DNA of 64,000 nucleotides, from NCBI GenBank assembly GCA_048268245.1, contig JBLWVX010000001.1, positions 1-64,000 on the forward strand. Reading direction: 5' to 3'. The stretch comes from Arcobacteraceae bacterium (GTDB taxonomy: Bacteria; Campylobacterota; Campylobacteria; Campylobacterales; Arcobacteraceae). Position 1 is the stretch's first letter; each line of letters starts with the position of its first letter. Positions 49,378 through 59,297 of the stretch are shown in pieces. Position numbers and translations under genes: made by a program. The notes below the pieces were generated by a model, which was not told the origin of the DNA, searched no databases, and was given only the letters and a program-made list of their open reading frames with translations.

Positions 49378-50373
49378 ATGGGTTTAATTAAAAGCATTAA
49401 AGAAAAAGCAAAGTTACAGCTAAGAACTATCGTTCTTCCCGAAACAGAAGATGAAAGAGTATTAAAAGCTACTCAAAAAGTTCTTGAAGAGAAAACTGCA
49501 AATGTTGTATTAATAGGTAATGAAGAAACAATCAAATCTGATGCTTCATCATGTGATGCAAATATTGAAGGAGCAACAATTGTTGACCCTAGAAAGTTTG
49601 AAAACATTGATAAATATATTGATGAGTTAGTTGAACTTAGAAAAAAGAAAGGTTTAACAAGAGAAGAAGCTACTGAAATCATGTTAAATGAACCTAGATT
49701 CTTTGGTTGTATGATGGTTAGACTTGGAGATGCTGATGGTTTAGTTGCAGGTTCTAACTCTCCTACGGCTGATGTTTTAAAAGCTGCTATTCAAGTTATT
49801 AAAACTGCACCTGGTATTAATACTGTATCATCTGCATTTATTATGGAAACTGCTGATGGAAAGTTTGGAGACAATGGTTTAATTCTATTTGCAGATTGTG
49901 CTGTTATTCCAGAACCAAATGCAGAACAATTAGCTGATATTGCTTGTGCAACTGCTGCTACTGCTAACTCTGTTGTAGGATTAGATCCAAGAGTTGCTAT
50001 GTTATCATTTTCAACAAAAGGTAGTGCAAATCATCCATTAGTTGATAAAGTACAATACGCTGTTGATATTTTACAAGAAAGAAATGTTGACTTCTCATTT
50101 GATGGTGAAATGCAAGCTGATGCAGCAATCGTTGAAGCAATTGGAGCTAAAAAAGCACCAGGCTCAGAAGTAGCTGGTAAAGCAAATGTTCTTGTATTCC
50201 CAGATTTACAATCAGGAAATATTGGATATAAATTAGTTCAAAGATTTGCAGATGCTGCAGCTCATGGACCAGTTGTTCAAGGTTTAGCAAAACCTGTAAA
50301 TGACCTTTCAAGAGGTTGTTCAGTTGATGATATCGCAAACTTAGTAGCTATTACAGCAACTCAAATTAAATAA
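49378..50373 (+). CDS. pta: Phosphate acetyltransferase (short type)
   Basis: IVLPETEDERV, FADCAV, LSFSTKGS, DGEMQADAA, NIGYKLVQR, NDLSRGC. Confidence 0.95.
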   Translation: MGLIKSIKEKAKLQLRTIVLPETEDERVLKATQKVLEEKTANVVLIGNEETIKSDASSCDANIEGATIVDPRKFENIDKYIDELVELRKKKGLTREEATEIMLNEPRFFGCMMVRLGDADGLVAGSNSPTADVLKAAIQVIKTAPGINTVSSAFIMETADGKFGDNGLILFADCAVIPEPNAEQLADIACATAATANSVVGLDPRVAMLSFSTKGSANHPLVDKVQYAVDILQERNVDFSFDGEMQADAAIVEAIGAKKAPGSEVAGKANVLVFPDLQSGNIGYKLVQRFADAAAHGPVVQGLAKPVNDLSRGCSVDDIANLVAITATQIK

Positions 50374-50402
50374 TTAAATCTATAAAAAAAAGGAAGCAAA
50401 AT

Positions 50403-51605
50403 ATGTTAGTATTTATCTTAAACGCAGGAAGTTCATCTCTTAAATATCAATTAATGAACCCAGTTACAAAAGAGACTTTAGCAGCAGGAATTTGTGAAAG
50501 AATTGGAATTGATGGTCTTTTAAAGCATGAGTTTGGTAATGATCAAGAATTAAAAATTGATGTAAATATGCCAACACATAAAGAAGCTATTGAGCTTGTT
50601 TTAAGAACATTAATTGATGGTGAAGGTAAAGTAATTGATTCTATTGATGATATTGAAGCAATTGGTCATAGAGCAGTTCATGGAGGAGAAGAGTTTGCTT
50701 CATCTGTAATAGTTACAGAAAAAGTAATAGAAACTATGAAAAAATTAATTCCACTTGCTCCATTACATAACCCAGCAAATATTATGGGAATGGAAATTTG
50801 TCAAGAATTAATGCCTGGAAAACCTAATGTAGCTGTGTTTGATACTGCTTTTCACCAAACTATGCCTGATTATGCTTATATGTATGCTTTACCAAAAGAT
50901 CAATATACTAAACATGGTATTAGAAAATATGGTTTCCATGGAACTTCTCACTACTTTGTTTCAAATGAAGCAAGAAAAATGTTAGATAAAAAACATAATA
51001 CTAGAATTATTGTATGTCATTTAGGAAATGGCTCTTCTGTTTCTGCTGTACAAAATGGAGAATGTATTGATACATCTATGGGACTTACACCTGTTCAAGG
51101 TTTAATGATGGGAACAAGAGCTGGAGATGTTGGAGCTGGTGCATTACAATACATGATGAGTCAAGAAGGTTTAACAATTGATGAAGCTTTAAATATTATG
51201 AATAAAAAATCAGGTATTTTAGGTATTTCTGGAAAATCTTCTGATTTAAGAGAAGTATTAGAAGGTATGCAAGAAGGTGATGATAATTGTAGATTAGCAG
51301 TAGATATGGTTGCATATAATATTAAAAAATATGTAGGTGCTTATGTGGCAGCTTTAGATGGAATAGATGCTTTATGTTTCACTGGTGGTATTGGTGAAAA
51401 TGCTGCATTAATTAGAGAAAAAGTTTGTGCTGGATTAGATGCAATGGGACTAGTTATTGATCCAGTTAAAAATAACAAAAGATCAAGAGAAGCAAGAGAT
51501 ATTGCAACAAATGGCTCTTCTTCAAGAATTTTTGTTATCCCTACTAATGAAGAATACGTTATTGCTAATGATACTTTTAAAATCGTTTCAGGACTTGAAA
51601 AATAA
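50403..51605 (+). CDS. ackA: Acetate kinase
   Basis: LNAGSSSLKY, GHRAVHGG, APLHNPAN, HLGNGSS, FTGGIGEN, PTNEE. Confidence 0.95.
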   Translation: MLVFILNAGSSSLKYQLMNPVTKETLAAGICERIGIDGLLKHEFGNDQELKIDVNMPTHKEAIELVLRTLIDGEGKVIDSIDDIEAIGHRAVHGGEEFASSVIVTEKVIETMKKLIPLAPLHNPANIMGMEICQELMPGKPNVAVFDTAFHQTMPDYAYMYALPKDQYTKHGIRKYGFHGTSHYFVSNEARKMLDKKHNTRIIVCHLGNGSSVSAVQNGECIDTSMGLTPVQGLMMGTRAGDVGAGALQYMMSQEGLTIDEALNIMNKKSGILGISGKSSDLREVLEGMQEGDDNCRLAVDMVAYNIKKYVGAYVAALDGIDALCFTGGIGENAALIREKVCAGLDAMGLVIDPVKNNKRSREARDIATNGSSSRIFVIPTNEEYVIANDTFKIVSGLEK

Positions 51606-51627
51606 TTTATTTTTTAAATTTTCTATA

Positions 51628-51662
51628 AAAAAAGGGATGAAGATAAACTTCATCCCTTTTTT
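51628..51662. terminator. Bidirectional terminator between ackA and sppA
   Basis: aaaaaagggatgaag / cttcatccctttttt. Confidence 0.8.
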
Positions 51663-51684
51663 ATTTTTAATATACAAATACTAT

Positions 51685-52575
51685 CTAATAAGCTTTTAAA
51701 GAGTTTACAAAAGTCATAGAAACTTTTGAAACTGTTTCATTTATAATTTTATCCATAAACTTTTCAAACTTATCTTGCTTTTTCCAAATAGGATAATCAA
51801 CTTTTGATAATTTCTCTAACTTATCTTTAGCATAAGAAATAGTAGCAACTTCATCTACAAGTCCAACTTCTTTTGCTTGTCTTGATGTAAAAACTCTAGC
51901 ATCTGCGAATTTTGTATGATTTTCTACTTTTAATCCTCTTGCACTTGCAACATCATTTATAAACATATTATAAGTGTCATCAATTATTGATTGTAATTGT
52001 TCTTTTTCATAATCAAACCATTTTCTAGTTGGTGTTCCTGACTCTTTATACTTACCAGCTTTTACAGTTTGTGTTGAAATACCAATTTTAGCCATCAACT
52101 CTTCTGTATTTACACCTTGCATAATAACACCAATAGACCCAACCATACTTCCAGGATTGGCAATAATTTCATTTGCCCAAATAGAAGCATAATATGAACC
52201 ACTAGCAATTACACCACTTGCATAAACAACAACAGGTTTTACTTCTTTTAACTCTTTAATTGCATAAGCTAATTCAACAGAAGGTGCAACAGCTCCTCCA
52301 GGGGAATTCACTTCAAGCAATACACCTTTTATATTATCAGACTCTTTTGCTTTTTGTAATTGTTCTAAAGTCTTATTCACATCTAATATTGGTCCAAATA
52401 ATACTATTTTTTGTAAATTAGCAACTTCATAAGAGCCTTTAGTTTCATTACTACTTCCTGTTCCATAAACTACAAAGTATACAATTGTCAAAAAAACTAC
52501 TGTTTTAAAATATTTTGTAATAAAATCCAAAACAGCAATTATTGGATAAAAAAGTTTCTTTATAAAATTAAACAT
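51685..52575 (-). CDS. sppA: Signal peptide peptidase SppA
   Basis: NSPGGAV, ASGSYY, GSIGVI, AGKYKE. Confidence 0.92.
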   Translation of the reverse strand: MFNFIKKLFYPIIAVLDFITKYFKTVVFLTIVYFVVYGTGSSNETKGSYEVANLQKIVLFGPILDVNKTLEQLQKAKESDNIKGVLLEVNSPGGAVAPSVELAYAIKELKEVKPVVVYASGVIASGSYYASIWANEIIANPGSMVGSIGVIMQGVNTEELMAKIGISTQTVKAGKYKESGTPTRKWFDYEKEQLQSIIDDTYNMFINDVASARGLKVENHTKFADARVFTSRQAKEVGLVDEVATISYAKDKLEKLSKVDYPIWKKQDKFEKFMDKIINETVSKVSMTFVNSLKAY

Positions 52576-53791
52576 CTTCTCCTCCTATAATAGTTTTGTT
52601 TACAAATTTAGTATGTAAAATAATATGCATTGCTAAATCATCTTTATCATTAACCTCATCAGGTAAAGAAAATGAAATAATATCAGCATCTGCATCATTT
52701 TTTAACACACCTTTATTTAAACCAAGAGCTTTACTTCCACCATATGTAGCTGCTTTTAAAAGTTTATTTGATAATTCGATGATATTTTCATCAACATGAA
52801 TCATTAAAGCATTTCTTAACTCATCAAACATCGACAAAGAGTTATTGGAACTTAATCCATCAGTACCGATACTAAGATTAATATCATTTAAATTACTTAC
52901 ATCTAGTTTAGTATTATTTAAAACTCTATTTGAAGTAACACAATGATTAATTGTGGCATTTAAATCTTCTATCTTTTTTAAATCATCATTGCTTGCTTCA
53001 ACACAATGAGTAAAAGAGAGTTTTTCCACACCATTAAATTGATTTAAAAACTCCATTGGTTTTGTAACAGCTTTATCTTGCCCTAAAAAGTTTTTAAAGA
53101 AATCAATAAATAAACCTTCATCCCTATGAAGCCATTCAAACTCCTCAGGTGATTCTAAAAAATGAGAACTTACAGCTAAGTTTTCTTCTTTTGCAATATT
53201 TAAAGTCTCTCTTATTAAAAAAGGATGAACTGAATAAGGTGAATGAATAGCAATAGCTGGTATTAAACTTTTACTCGCATGTTTTTTAACATTTTTAAGT
53301 CTTGATTTAAAATCAGCAAATAAAGTATCAACCATATCAGCTTTACTTCCAATTACCTCACAAAAAAAGACTTTATTTAGTGGTGATTTTAAACATGGCT
53401 CTAAATCAAAAGAGTAAGAAGAAATAGCACCAATAGTTGTAGTACCAGTTTTTTTCATCTTTTTTAATTTATCTTCGATTAATTTACTATTTGCTTTTTC
53501 AATTAAATTATCTCTATTTTTAATAACAGAGTTTAGCCAATTCATGAAGTTACCATATTTCAAAGTTGTACTATTTGCACTAAACTCTAAATGCACATGA
53601 GAGTTTATAAGTCCTGGCATTAAAACAGAGTTTTCTTTTTCTTCTTGGATTTGGATATTTGGATATTTTTTTTGGATATTTTCTTTTGTGTCTATGTCTA
53701 TGATTTTATCGGAAAAAACAATAGCACCATTTTCTATAATGCTATTGTTTTCATCGCAGGTTACAACCCACTTTGAACTTAAGATTTTCAT
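52568..53791 (-). CDS. Amidohydrolase, probable aminofutalosine deaminase (menaquinone futalosine pathway)
   Basis: PGLINSHVHLEF, HSPYSV, HFLES, GTDG; aroQ-amidohydrolase-sppA order as in Campylobacter. Confidence 0.7.
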   Translation of the reverse strand: MKILSSKWVVTCDENNSIIENGAIVFSDKIIDIDTKENIQKKYPNIQIQEEKENSVLMPGLINSHVHLEFSANSTTLKYGNFMNWLNSVIKNRDNLIEKANSKLIEDKLKKMKKTGTTTIGAISSYSFDLEPCLKSPLNKVFFCEVIGSKADMVDTLFADFKSRLKNVKKHASKSLIPAIAIHSPYSVHPFLIRETLNIAKEENLAVSSHFLESPEEFEWLHRDEGLFIDFFKNFLGQDKAVTKPMEFLNQFNGVEKLSFTHCVEASNDDLKKIEDLNATINHCVTSNRVLNNTKLDVSNLNDINLSIGTDGLSSNNSLSMFDELRNALMIHVDENIIELSNKLLKAATYGGSKALGLNKGVLKNDADADIISFSLPDEVNDKDDLAMHIILHTKFVNKTIIGGEDV

Positions 53792-53803
53792 AAAGTTTTT
53801 AAT

Positions 53804-54274
53804 TTATTCAGCGTTTTGAGAAGACTCTTCTACAGCTTTAATCTCTGAGATAATTTGCATTAAAGCTATAAGTCCCATGTGATATCCAAATGGTCCAAAT
53901 CCAGTAATAACACCAGTTGCTGCACCTGCTGTAATTGATTTTTGTCTAAACTCTTCTCTTTTATAAATATTTGAAATATGAACTTCAACTGTTGGTAATT
54001 CTACAGCTGATAATGCATCTTTAATTGCAATTGAAGTATGAGAGAATGCTGCTGGGTTAATCATAATACCATCAACCTCACCTAAACACTCTTGAACTTT
54101 ATCAACAATCTCACCTTCTAAGTTTGATTGGAAGAATTCTAACTCTACTCCATTTTGAGCTGCTGCATTTTTTAACTGCTCATGAATTTGATCTAAACTC
54201 ATTGGACCGTAAATATGTTGTTCTCTAATTCCTAACATATTTAAGTTTGGCCCTTGAATTACTGCTATTTTCAT
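53804..54274 (-). CDS. aroQ: Type II 3-dehydroquinate dehydratase
   Basis: [29 protein letters not shown]...REEFR. Confidence 0.95.
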   Translation of the reverse strand: MKIAVIQGPNLNMLGIREQHIYGPMSLDQIHEQLKNAAAQNGVELEFFQSNLEGEIVDKVQECLGEVDGIMINPAAFSHTSIAIKDALSAVELPTVEVHISNIYKREEFRQKSITAGAATGVITGFGPFGYHMGLIALMQIISEIKAVEESSQNAE

Positions 54275-54349
54275 ATTATATTCCTTTTATAAAATTTAGG
54301 TAAGATTATATTTAAATTTATGTTAAATCATACCAAAGAAAGAGAGATT

Positions 54350-55375
54350 ATGAAAAATTTTATTTTATTAAATGAAAACGCTATTTATTTTGAAGCTAAT
54401 TTTTCATGCGACAATGTAATTTTTATAAATTTAGGTGCAGATAAATACTTTATTACTGATGCAAGATATACTATAGAAGCACAAGAGTACACAAAAAATT
54501 GTGAAGTTATAGAATCAAGTGATTTAATTAAAACTGCAAAAGAAATTCTTAAAAAGAATAAAATTAAAAAAATAGTTTTTGATCCAAATGATTTTAAATA
54601 TTCAACTTATACTAACCTAACAAATGATCTAAAAACACAATTTATTCCAAAAGCTAATTTTTCTAAAGAAAAAAGAATTATTAAAACAGATGAAGAGATA
54701 AAATACTTAAAAAAAGCTGCAAAACTAGGAAGAAAAGGCTTTGATAATTTTGCCAAATATATTAGAAAAAATGGTTTTAATCAAACAGAAGAGTTTTTAC
54801 ATTTTAAAGCTATTGAGAAAATGAGTCAAGCAGGAAAACTTGAACTTAGTTTTGACCCTATAGTTGCAATAAATAAAAATGCAGCAAAACCCCATGCTCT
54901 TCCTACAAATAAAAAACTAAAATTGAACAATCTACTTTTAGTTGATGCAGGAGTAAAGTATAAAAGATACTGTTCTGATAGGACATGTACTTCAAATGCT
55001 AATTTTGAAAATTTCTCTTTTAAAAGAGAGCAAAAATTCAAAAATAAAAAGCATCAAAAAATTTATGATTTAGTATATAAAGCTCAATTAAATGCCATAC
55101 AAAATGCAAGATCTGGTATGAAGGCAAGTCAAATTGACAAACTTGCTAGAGATGTTATTGAAAAAGCTGGTTACGGTAAATATTTTGTGCATAGTACTGG
55201 TCATGGAGTTGGTCTTGATATACATGAATTTCCAAATATCAATACAAGAAGTGATGTGATTATAGAAGATAATATGGTCTTTACAATAGAACCAGGTATC
55301 TACTTACCAGATGAATTTGGGGTAAGAATTGAAGATACAGTAGTAATGAAAAATGGTAAAGCCATAATTCTTTAA
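54350..55375 (+). CDS. Xaa-Pro aminopeptidase (M24)
   Basis: TDARY, AAKPHA, YCSDRT, HSTGHGVGLDIHE, EPGIY, RIED. Start placed at MKNFILL. Confidence 0.9.
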   Translation: MKNFILLNENAIYFEANFSCDNVIFINLGADKYFITDARYTIEAQEYTKNCEVIESSDLIKTAKEILKKNKIKKIVFDPNDFKYSTYTNLTNDLKTQFIPKANFSKEKRIIKTDEEIKYLKKAAKLGRKGFDNFAKYIRKNGFNQTEEFLHFKAIEKMSQAGKLELSFDPIVAINKNAAKPHALPTNKKLKLNNLLLVDAGVKYKRYCSDRTCTSNANFENFSFKREQKFKNKKHQKIYDLVYKAQLNAIQNARSGMKASQIDKLARDVIEKAGYGKYFVHSTGHGVGLDIHEFPNINTRSDVIIEDNMVFTIEPGIYLPDEFGVRIEDTVVMKNGKAIIL

Positions 55376-55449
55376 TTTAAATAAACTAAAAAAAATCAAA
55401 GTTGATTAAAATAATAAACTTTGATTTTTTGATTTAAAAAGAGATAAAT

Positions 55450-55941
55450 TTGAAAAAAAAATTAAATGAAAATCTAACACTTTATAAAACCTCAAACTTC
55501 CCCTTTACTTCAAAAAATAAATCAAATAAAAGATACTATGTAACTATCGGTATTGGCGGAAATATGGGCGATGTAAAAAAGACTTTTGATAAGTTGTTCT
55601 TATCTTTAATGAAGAATACAAAATTTGATATTCTTATGACGAGTCCACTTTTAAAGAATCCTCCTTTTGGTTATTTAGAACAAAATGATTTTTTAAATGG
55701 TATAATCGCGCTTAAAACTAATCTAGCCCCTAATGATTTTCTTAGAAATATGCAGAGGTTAGAAAAAAGATTTGGAAGAAAGCGATCCTTTCAAGATGCG
55801 CCTAGAACTCTAGATATTGATATAATATTTTTTGATAATAAAAAAATAAATACGCAGGACCTTATAGTTCCTCATAAAGATTGGGCCAATAGAGAATCAG
55901 TGATTATTCCTTTAGAAGAAATGAAAAGGATAAATAAATGA
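55450..55941 (+). CDS. folK: HPPK (2-amino-4-hydroxy-6-hydroxymethyldihydropteridine pyrophosphokinase)
   Basis: GIGGNMG, QNDFLNG, PRTLDIDI, LIVPH. Confidence 0.92.
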   Translation: MKKKLNENLTLYKTSNFPFTSKNKSNKRYYVTIGIGGNMGDVKKTFDKLFLSLMKNTKFDILMTSPLLKNPPFGYLEQNDFLNGIIALKTNLAPNDFLRNMQRLEKRFGRKRSFQDAPRTLDIDIIFFDNKKINTQDLIVPHKDWANRESVIIPLEEMKRINK

Positions 55942-57035
55942 AGAAAAAAGTAGTTGTAGGTATGTCAGGTGGAGTTGATTCATCTGTTACTGCTCTTCTA
56001 TTAAAACAACAAGGCTATGATGTAGTAGGCTTATTTATGCGAAATTGGGAATATGGAATTAAAGGTAGCCAATGTCCTAACCGTATAGAATTTGAAGATG
56101 CAAAAAAAGTTGGTGAACTTATTGGAATTGAAGTAAAAGGTAAAGACTTTGTTGAAGAGTACAGAACAAAAGTATTTGATGTATTTTTAGAAGGTCTTAA
56201 AAAAGGTCTTACTCCTAATCCAGATATTCTATGTAATAGAGAAATAAAATTTAATGTATTTTTAAATGAAGCAAAGAAAATGGGTGCGGATATGATTGCA
56301 ACTGGTCATTATGCAAAGATAGCAAAATATAAAGACCATTTTGTATTAGATACACCAAAAGATAGCTCAAAAGATCAAAGTTACTTTTTACATGCCTTAT
56401 CAAGTGAGCAATTAAGTCATGCTATGTTCCCACTTGGAGACTTAACTAAAACAGAAGTAAGAGAGATAGCAAGAGAGCATAACTTACCTGTAAGTGATAA
56501 AAAAGACAGTACAGGAATTTGTTTTATTGGTAATCAAAGATTTGATGATTTTATTACACAACACCTAAAAGCAATTCCTGGAGATATGATTGATGAGAAT
56601 GGAAAAGTTTTAGGACAACACAAAGGTCTTATTTGTTACACATTAGGACAAAGAAAAGGTATTGGTCTTGGTGGTATTAAAGGAAATGAAGGTGAAAACA
56701 ATACTCATAAATCATGGTATGCTGCTAAAAAAGATGTAGAAAACAACACTTTAACAGTTGTTCAAGATACAAACCATCCTTTGCTAATGAGTGAACACAC
56801 AGAAGCTAGTCATATGCATTGGGTACTAGAAGAGACACCAAAAGTTGGTGATAAACTAATGGCACAAGTAAGATATAGACAACACAAACAAGCTTGTACT
56901 GTAATAGAAGCAAATAATGATAAAGTAATTGTTAAATTTGATGAACCTCAAAGAGCAGTTACTTTAGGTCAGAGTCTTGTTTTATATGATGGTAATTATT
57001 GTCTAGGTGGAGGATTTATTAGTAATTACTATTAA
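55938..57035 (+). CDS. mnmA: tRNA 2-thiouridylase MnmA, DxxC type
   Basis: SGGVDS, NPDILCN, ATGHYA, KDQSYFL, KDSTGICF. Confidence 0.92.
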   Translation: MKKKVVVGMSGGVDSSVTALLLKQQGYDVVGLFMRNWEYGIKGSQCPNRIEFEDAKKVGELIGIEVKGKDFVEEYRTKVFDVFLEGLKKGLTPNPDILCNREIKFNVFLNEAKKMGADMIATGHYAKIAKYKDHFVLDTPKDSSKDQSYFLHALSSEQLSHAMFPLGDLTKTEVREIAREHNLPVSDKKDSTGICFIGNQRFDDFITQHLKAIPGDMIDENGKVLGQHKGLICYTLGQRKGIGLGGIKGNEGENNTHKSWYAAKKDVENNTLTVVQDTNHPLLMSEHTEASHMHWVLEETPKVGDKLMAQVRYRQHKQACTVIEANNDKVIVKFDEPQRAVTLGQSLVLYDGNYCLGGGFISNYY

Positions 57036-57064
57036 ATACACCTACTAAATTAACTCTACTAAAA

Positions 57065-57090
57065 TATTGGGGATAAAACTATCCCCAATA
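57065..57090 (+). terminator. Hairpin between the two mnmA genes
   Basis: tattggggata / tatccccaata; no clear U-tract. Confidence 0.55.
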
Positions 57091-57124
57091 ACACTAACTC
57101 AAATAAAGTAAAAGATATTTTAAA

Positions 57125-58162
57125 ATGAACAAACAGAAAGTAATGGTAGGTATGAGTGGTGGAATTGATTCTTCAGTTACTGCTTATATGCTACAAAAAG
57201 AAGGATATGAAGTTGAAGGTTGTTACTTAAAACTTCACAATAGAACAGATGGTTATCACGAAAGTAATTTAAAGTATATTGAAGATGTAGCTAAATTTTT
57301 AGGTATAAAATACCATGTGTTAGATTTAGCAGATGATTTCTCAAAAGAAGTTTATGATTATTTTATTGATTCATATTTAGAAGGTACTACTCCAAATCCA
57401 TGTGTAAAATGTAATAAACAAATAAAATTTGGAGCAATGTTAGATTTTGCAAAAAGTCATGAAGCACAATATTTAGCAACAGGACATTATGCAAAAACTG
57501 ATGGCAAATATTTCTATGAAGCTGATGATAAATCAAAAGATCAAAGCTACTTCTTATCACAAGTAAGCCCTGAGGCACTTCCTTATATGATGTTTCCATT
57601 AAGTACATACAAAAAAGAAGATATTGTTAAATTTGGAGCAGAACTTGATGTGGCTTATAAAAAAATTACAGAAAAAAATGAGTCTCAAGAGATTTGTTTT
57701 GTTGAAACTGTTTATACAGATGTAGTAAAAAGACATGCAAATATTGATCAACCTGGCAAAGTATTAGATGAAGAAGGTAATGTTATAGGTGAGCATAAAG
57801 GCTATGCTCATTATACAATTGGTAAAAGAAGAGGTTTTACAGTTCACGGTGCACATGAACCTCATTTTGTTACTAAGTTAAATGCAAAAGAAAATACTAT
57901 AACTGTGGGTAAAAAAGCAGCACTTGAAGTAAATGAAGTGATTGCTAAGAATCTAAATATGTATACAAAAGATAAAGAGTTTACCTCAACTGTAAAATTA
58001 AGATATAGATCCAAATCATCACCGTGTAAAGTAAAAATAGAAAATGACATTGCAATAATAAAACTTGAAGAACCAGCATTTGGTGTAGCTTCTGGGCAAC
58101 TTGCTGTATTCTATGATAATGAAAAAGTAATAGGTAGTGGATGGATTGAAAGTGCAAAATAA
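57125..58162 (+). CDS. mnmA: tRNA 2-thiouridylase MnmA, CxxC type
   Basis: SGGIDS, NPCVKCN, ATGHYA, KDQSYFL, ESQEICF. Confidence 0.92.
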   Translation: MNKQKVMVGMSGGIDSSVTAYMLQKEGYEVEGCYLKLHNRTDGYHESNLKYIEDVAKFLGIKYHVLDLADDFSKEVYDYFIDSYLEGTTPNPCVKCNKQIKFGAMLDFAKSHEAQYLATGHYAKTDGKYFYEADDKSKDQSYFLSQVSPEALPYMMFPLSTYKKEDIVKFGAELDVAYKKITEKNESQEICFVETVYTDVVKRHANIDQPGKVLDEEGNVIGEHKGYAHYTIGKRRGFTVHGAHEPHFVTKLNAKENTITVGKKAALEVNEVIAKNLNMYTKDKEFTSTVKLRYRSKSSPCKVKIENDIAIIKLEEPAFGVASGQLAVFYDNEKVIGSGWIESAK

Positions 58163-58308
58163 GTAAAATAATTAAGTGAAGAATACAATTCTTCTCTTGA
58201 TTTATATTCCATAATACAAAAAATCTCTAGAAATACATCTAACATTTCATTAAGTACTCTTTAGATAAAATCACACAATACTAACAACAATCATTCAAGG
58301 AAAATTAT

Positions 58309-59241
58309 ATGTCAACATTTAAACTTTTTAGTGGTTCAGCTAATCCTGAGTTTACAGCAAAAGTTGGGGAATATTTAGGTGTTCCAGTTTCAAGTGCTAC
58401 TTTAAATAGATTTAGTGATGGAGAAATCTCTGTTCAAATTACAGAAAGTGTAAGAGGTCAAGATGTATTTATTATTCAACCTACTTGTGCTCCTGCTAAT
58501 GATAACTTAATGGAACTTCTAATTATGGTTGATGCACTAAAAAGATCAAGTGCCAAGTCAATATCAGCGGTTATTCCATACTATGGTTATGCAAGACAAG
58601 ATAGAAAAGCAGCTCCTAGAGTTCCAATTTCTGCAAAATTAACAGCTGATTTATTAGAAGCTGCTGGTATTCATAGAGTTGTAACTATTGACTTACATGC
58701 TGCTCAAATTCAAGGTTTCTTTAATATTCCTGCAGATAACTTATTTGGTTCAATTTTATTTGTAGATTATATTAGATCTAAAAACTTTAAAAACCCAATT
58801 ATTGCAAGTCCAGATATTGGTGGTGTTGCAAGAGCTAGATCTTATGCTGATAAATTAGGATATGACTTAGTAATTGTTGATAAAAAAAGAGAAAAAGCAA
58901 ACGTATCAGAAGTTATGAATATCATTGGTGATGTAAAAGATAAAGATGTTATCCTTGTAGATGATATGGTTGATACAGCTGGAACTTTAGTAAAAGCTGC
59001 TGAAGTTTTAAAGAAAAAAGGAGCAAATTCTGTTATGGCATGTTGTACACATGGTGTACTTTCTGGGCCTGCTTATGATAGAATTGAAAAAGGTGTTTTA
59101 GATGAATTAGTTGTTTCAGACACAATTCCTACACAAAAAAACGCTAAAAAAGTGACTGTATTATCGGCTTCAACTATGATAGGTGAGACTATTAGAAGAA
59201 TCCATAATAACGAATCAGTAAATTCAATTTTTATTGCTTAA
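58309..59241 (+). CDS. prs: Ribose-phosphate pyrophosphokinase
   Basis: FSDGE, YYGYARQDRK, DLHAAQIQGFF, VDDMVDTAGT. Confidence 0.97.
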   Translation: MSTFKLFSGSANPEFTAKVGEYLGVPVSSATLNRFSDGEISVQITESVRGQDVFIIQPTCAPANDNLMELLIMVDALKRSSAKSISAVIPYYGYARQDRKAAPRVPISAKLTADLLEAAGIHRVVTIDLHAAQIQGFFNIPADNLFGSILFVDYIRSKNFKNPIIASPDIGGVARARSYADKLGYDLVIVDKKREKANVSEVMNIIGDVKDKDVILVDDMVDTAGTLVKAAEVLKKKGANSVMACCTHGVLSGPAYDRIEKGVLDELVVSDTIPTQKNAKKVTVLSASTMIGETIRRIHNNESVNSIFIA

Positions 59242-59297
59242 TAATAAATCAATAAATTTATTGTTATAATGTTGAAATTATCAAATAAGGATAAACT

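Noticed and set aside
34698..51680. Acetate locus as a tRNA-anchored genomic island
   Set aside because: No integrase, no duplicated tRNA 3' end seen at the far boundary, and codon usage looks native.
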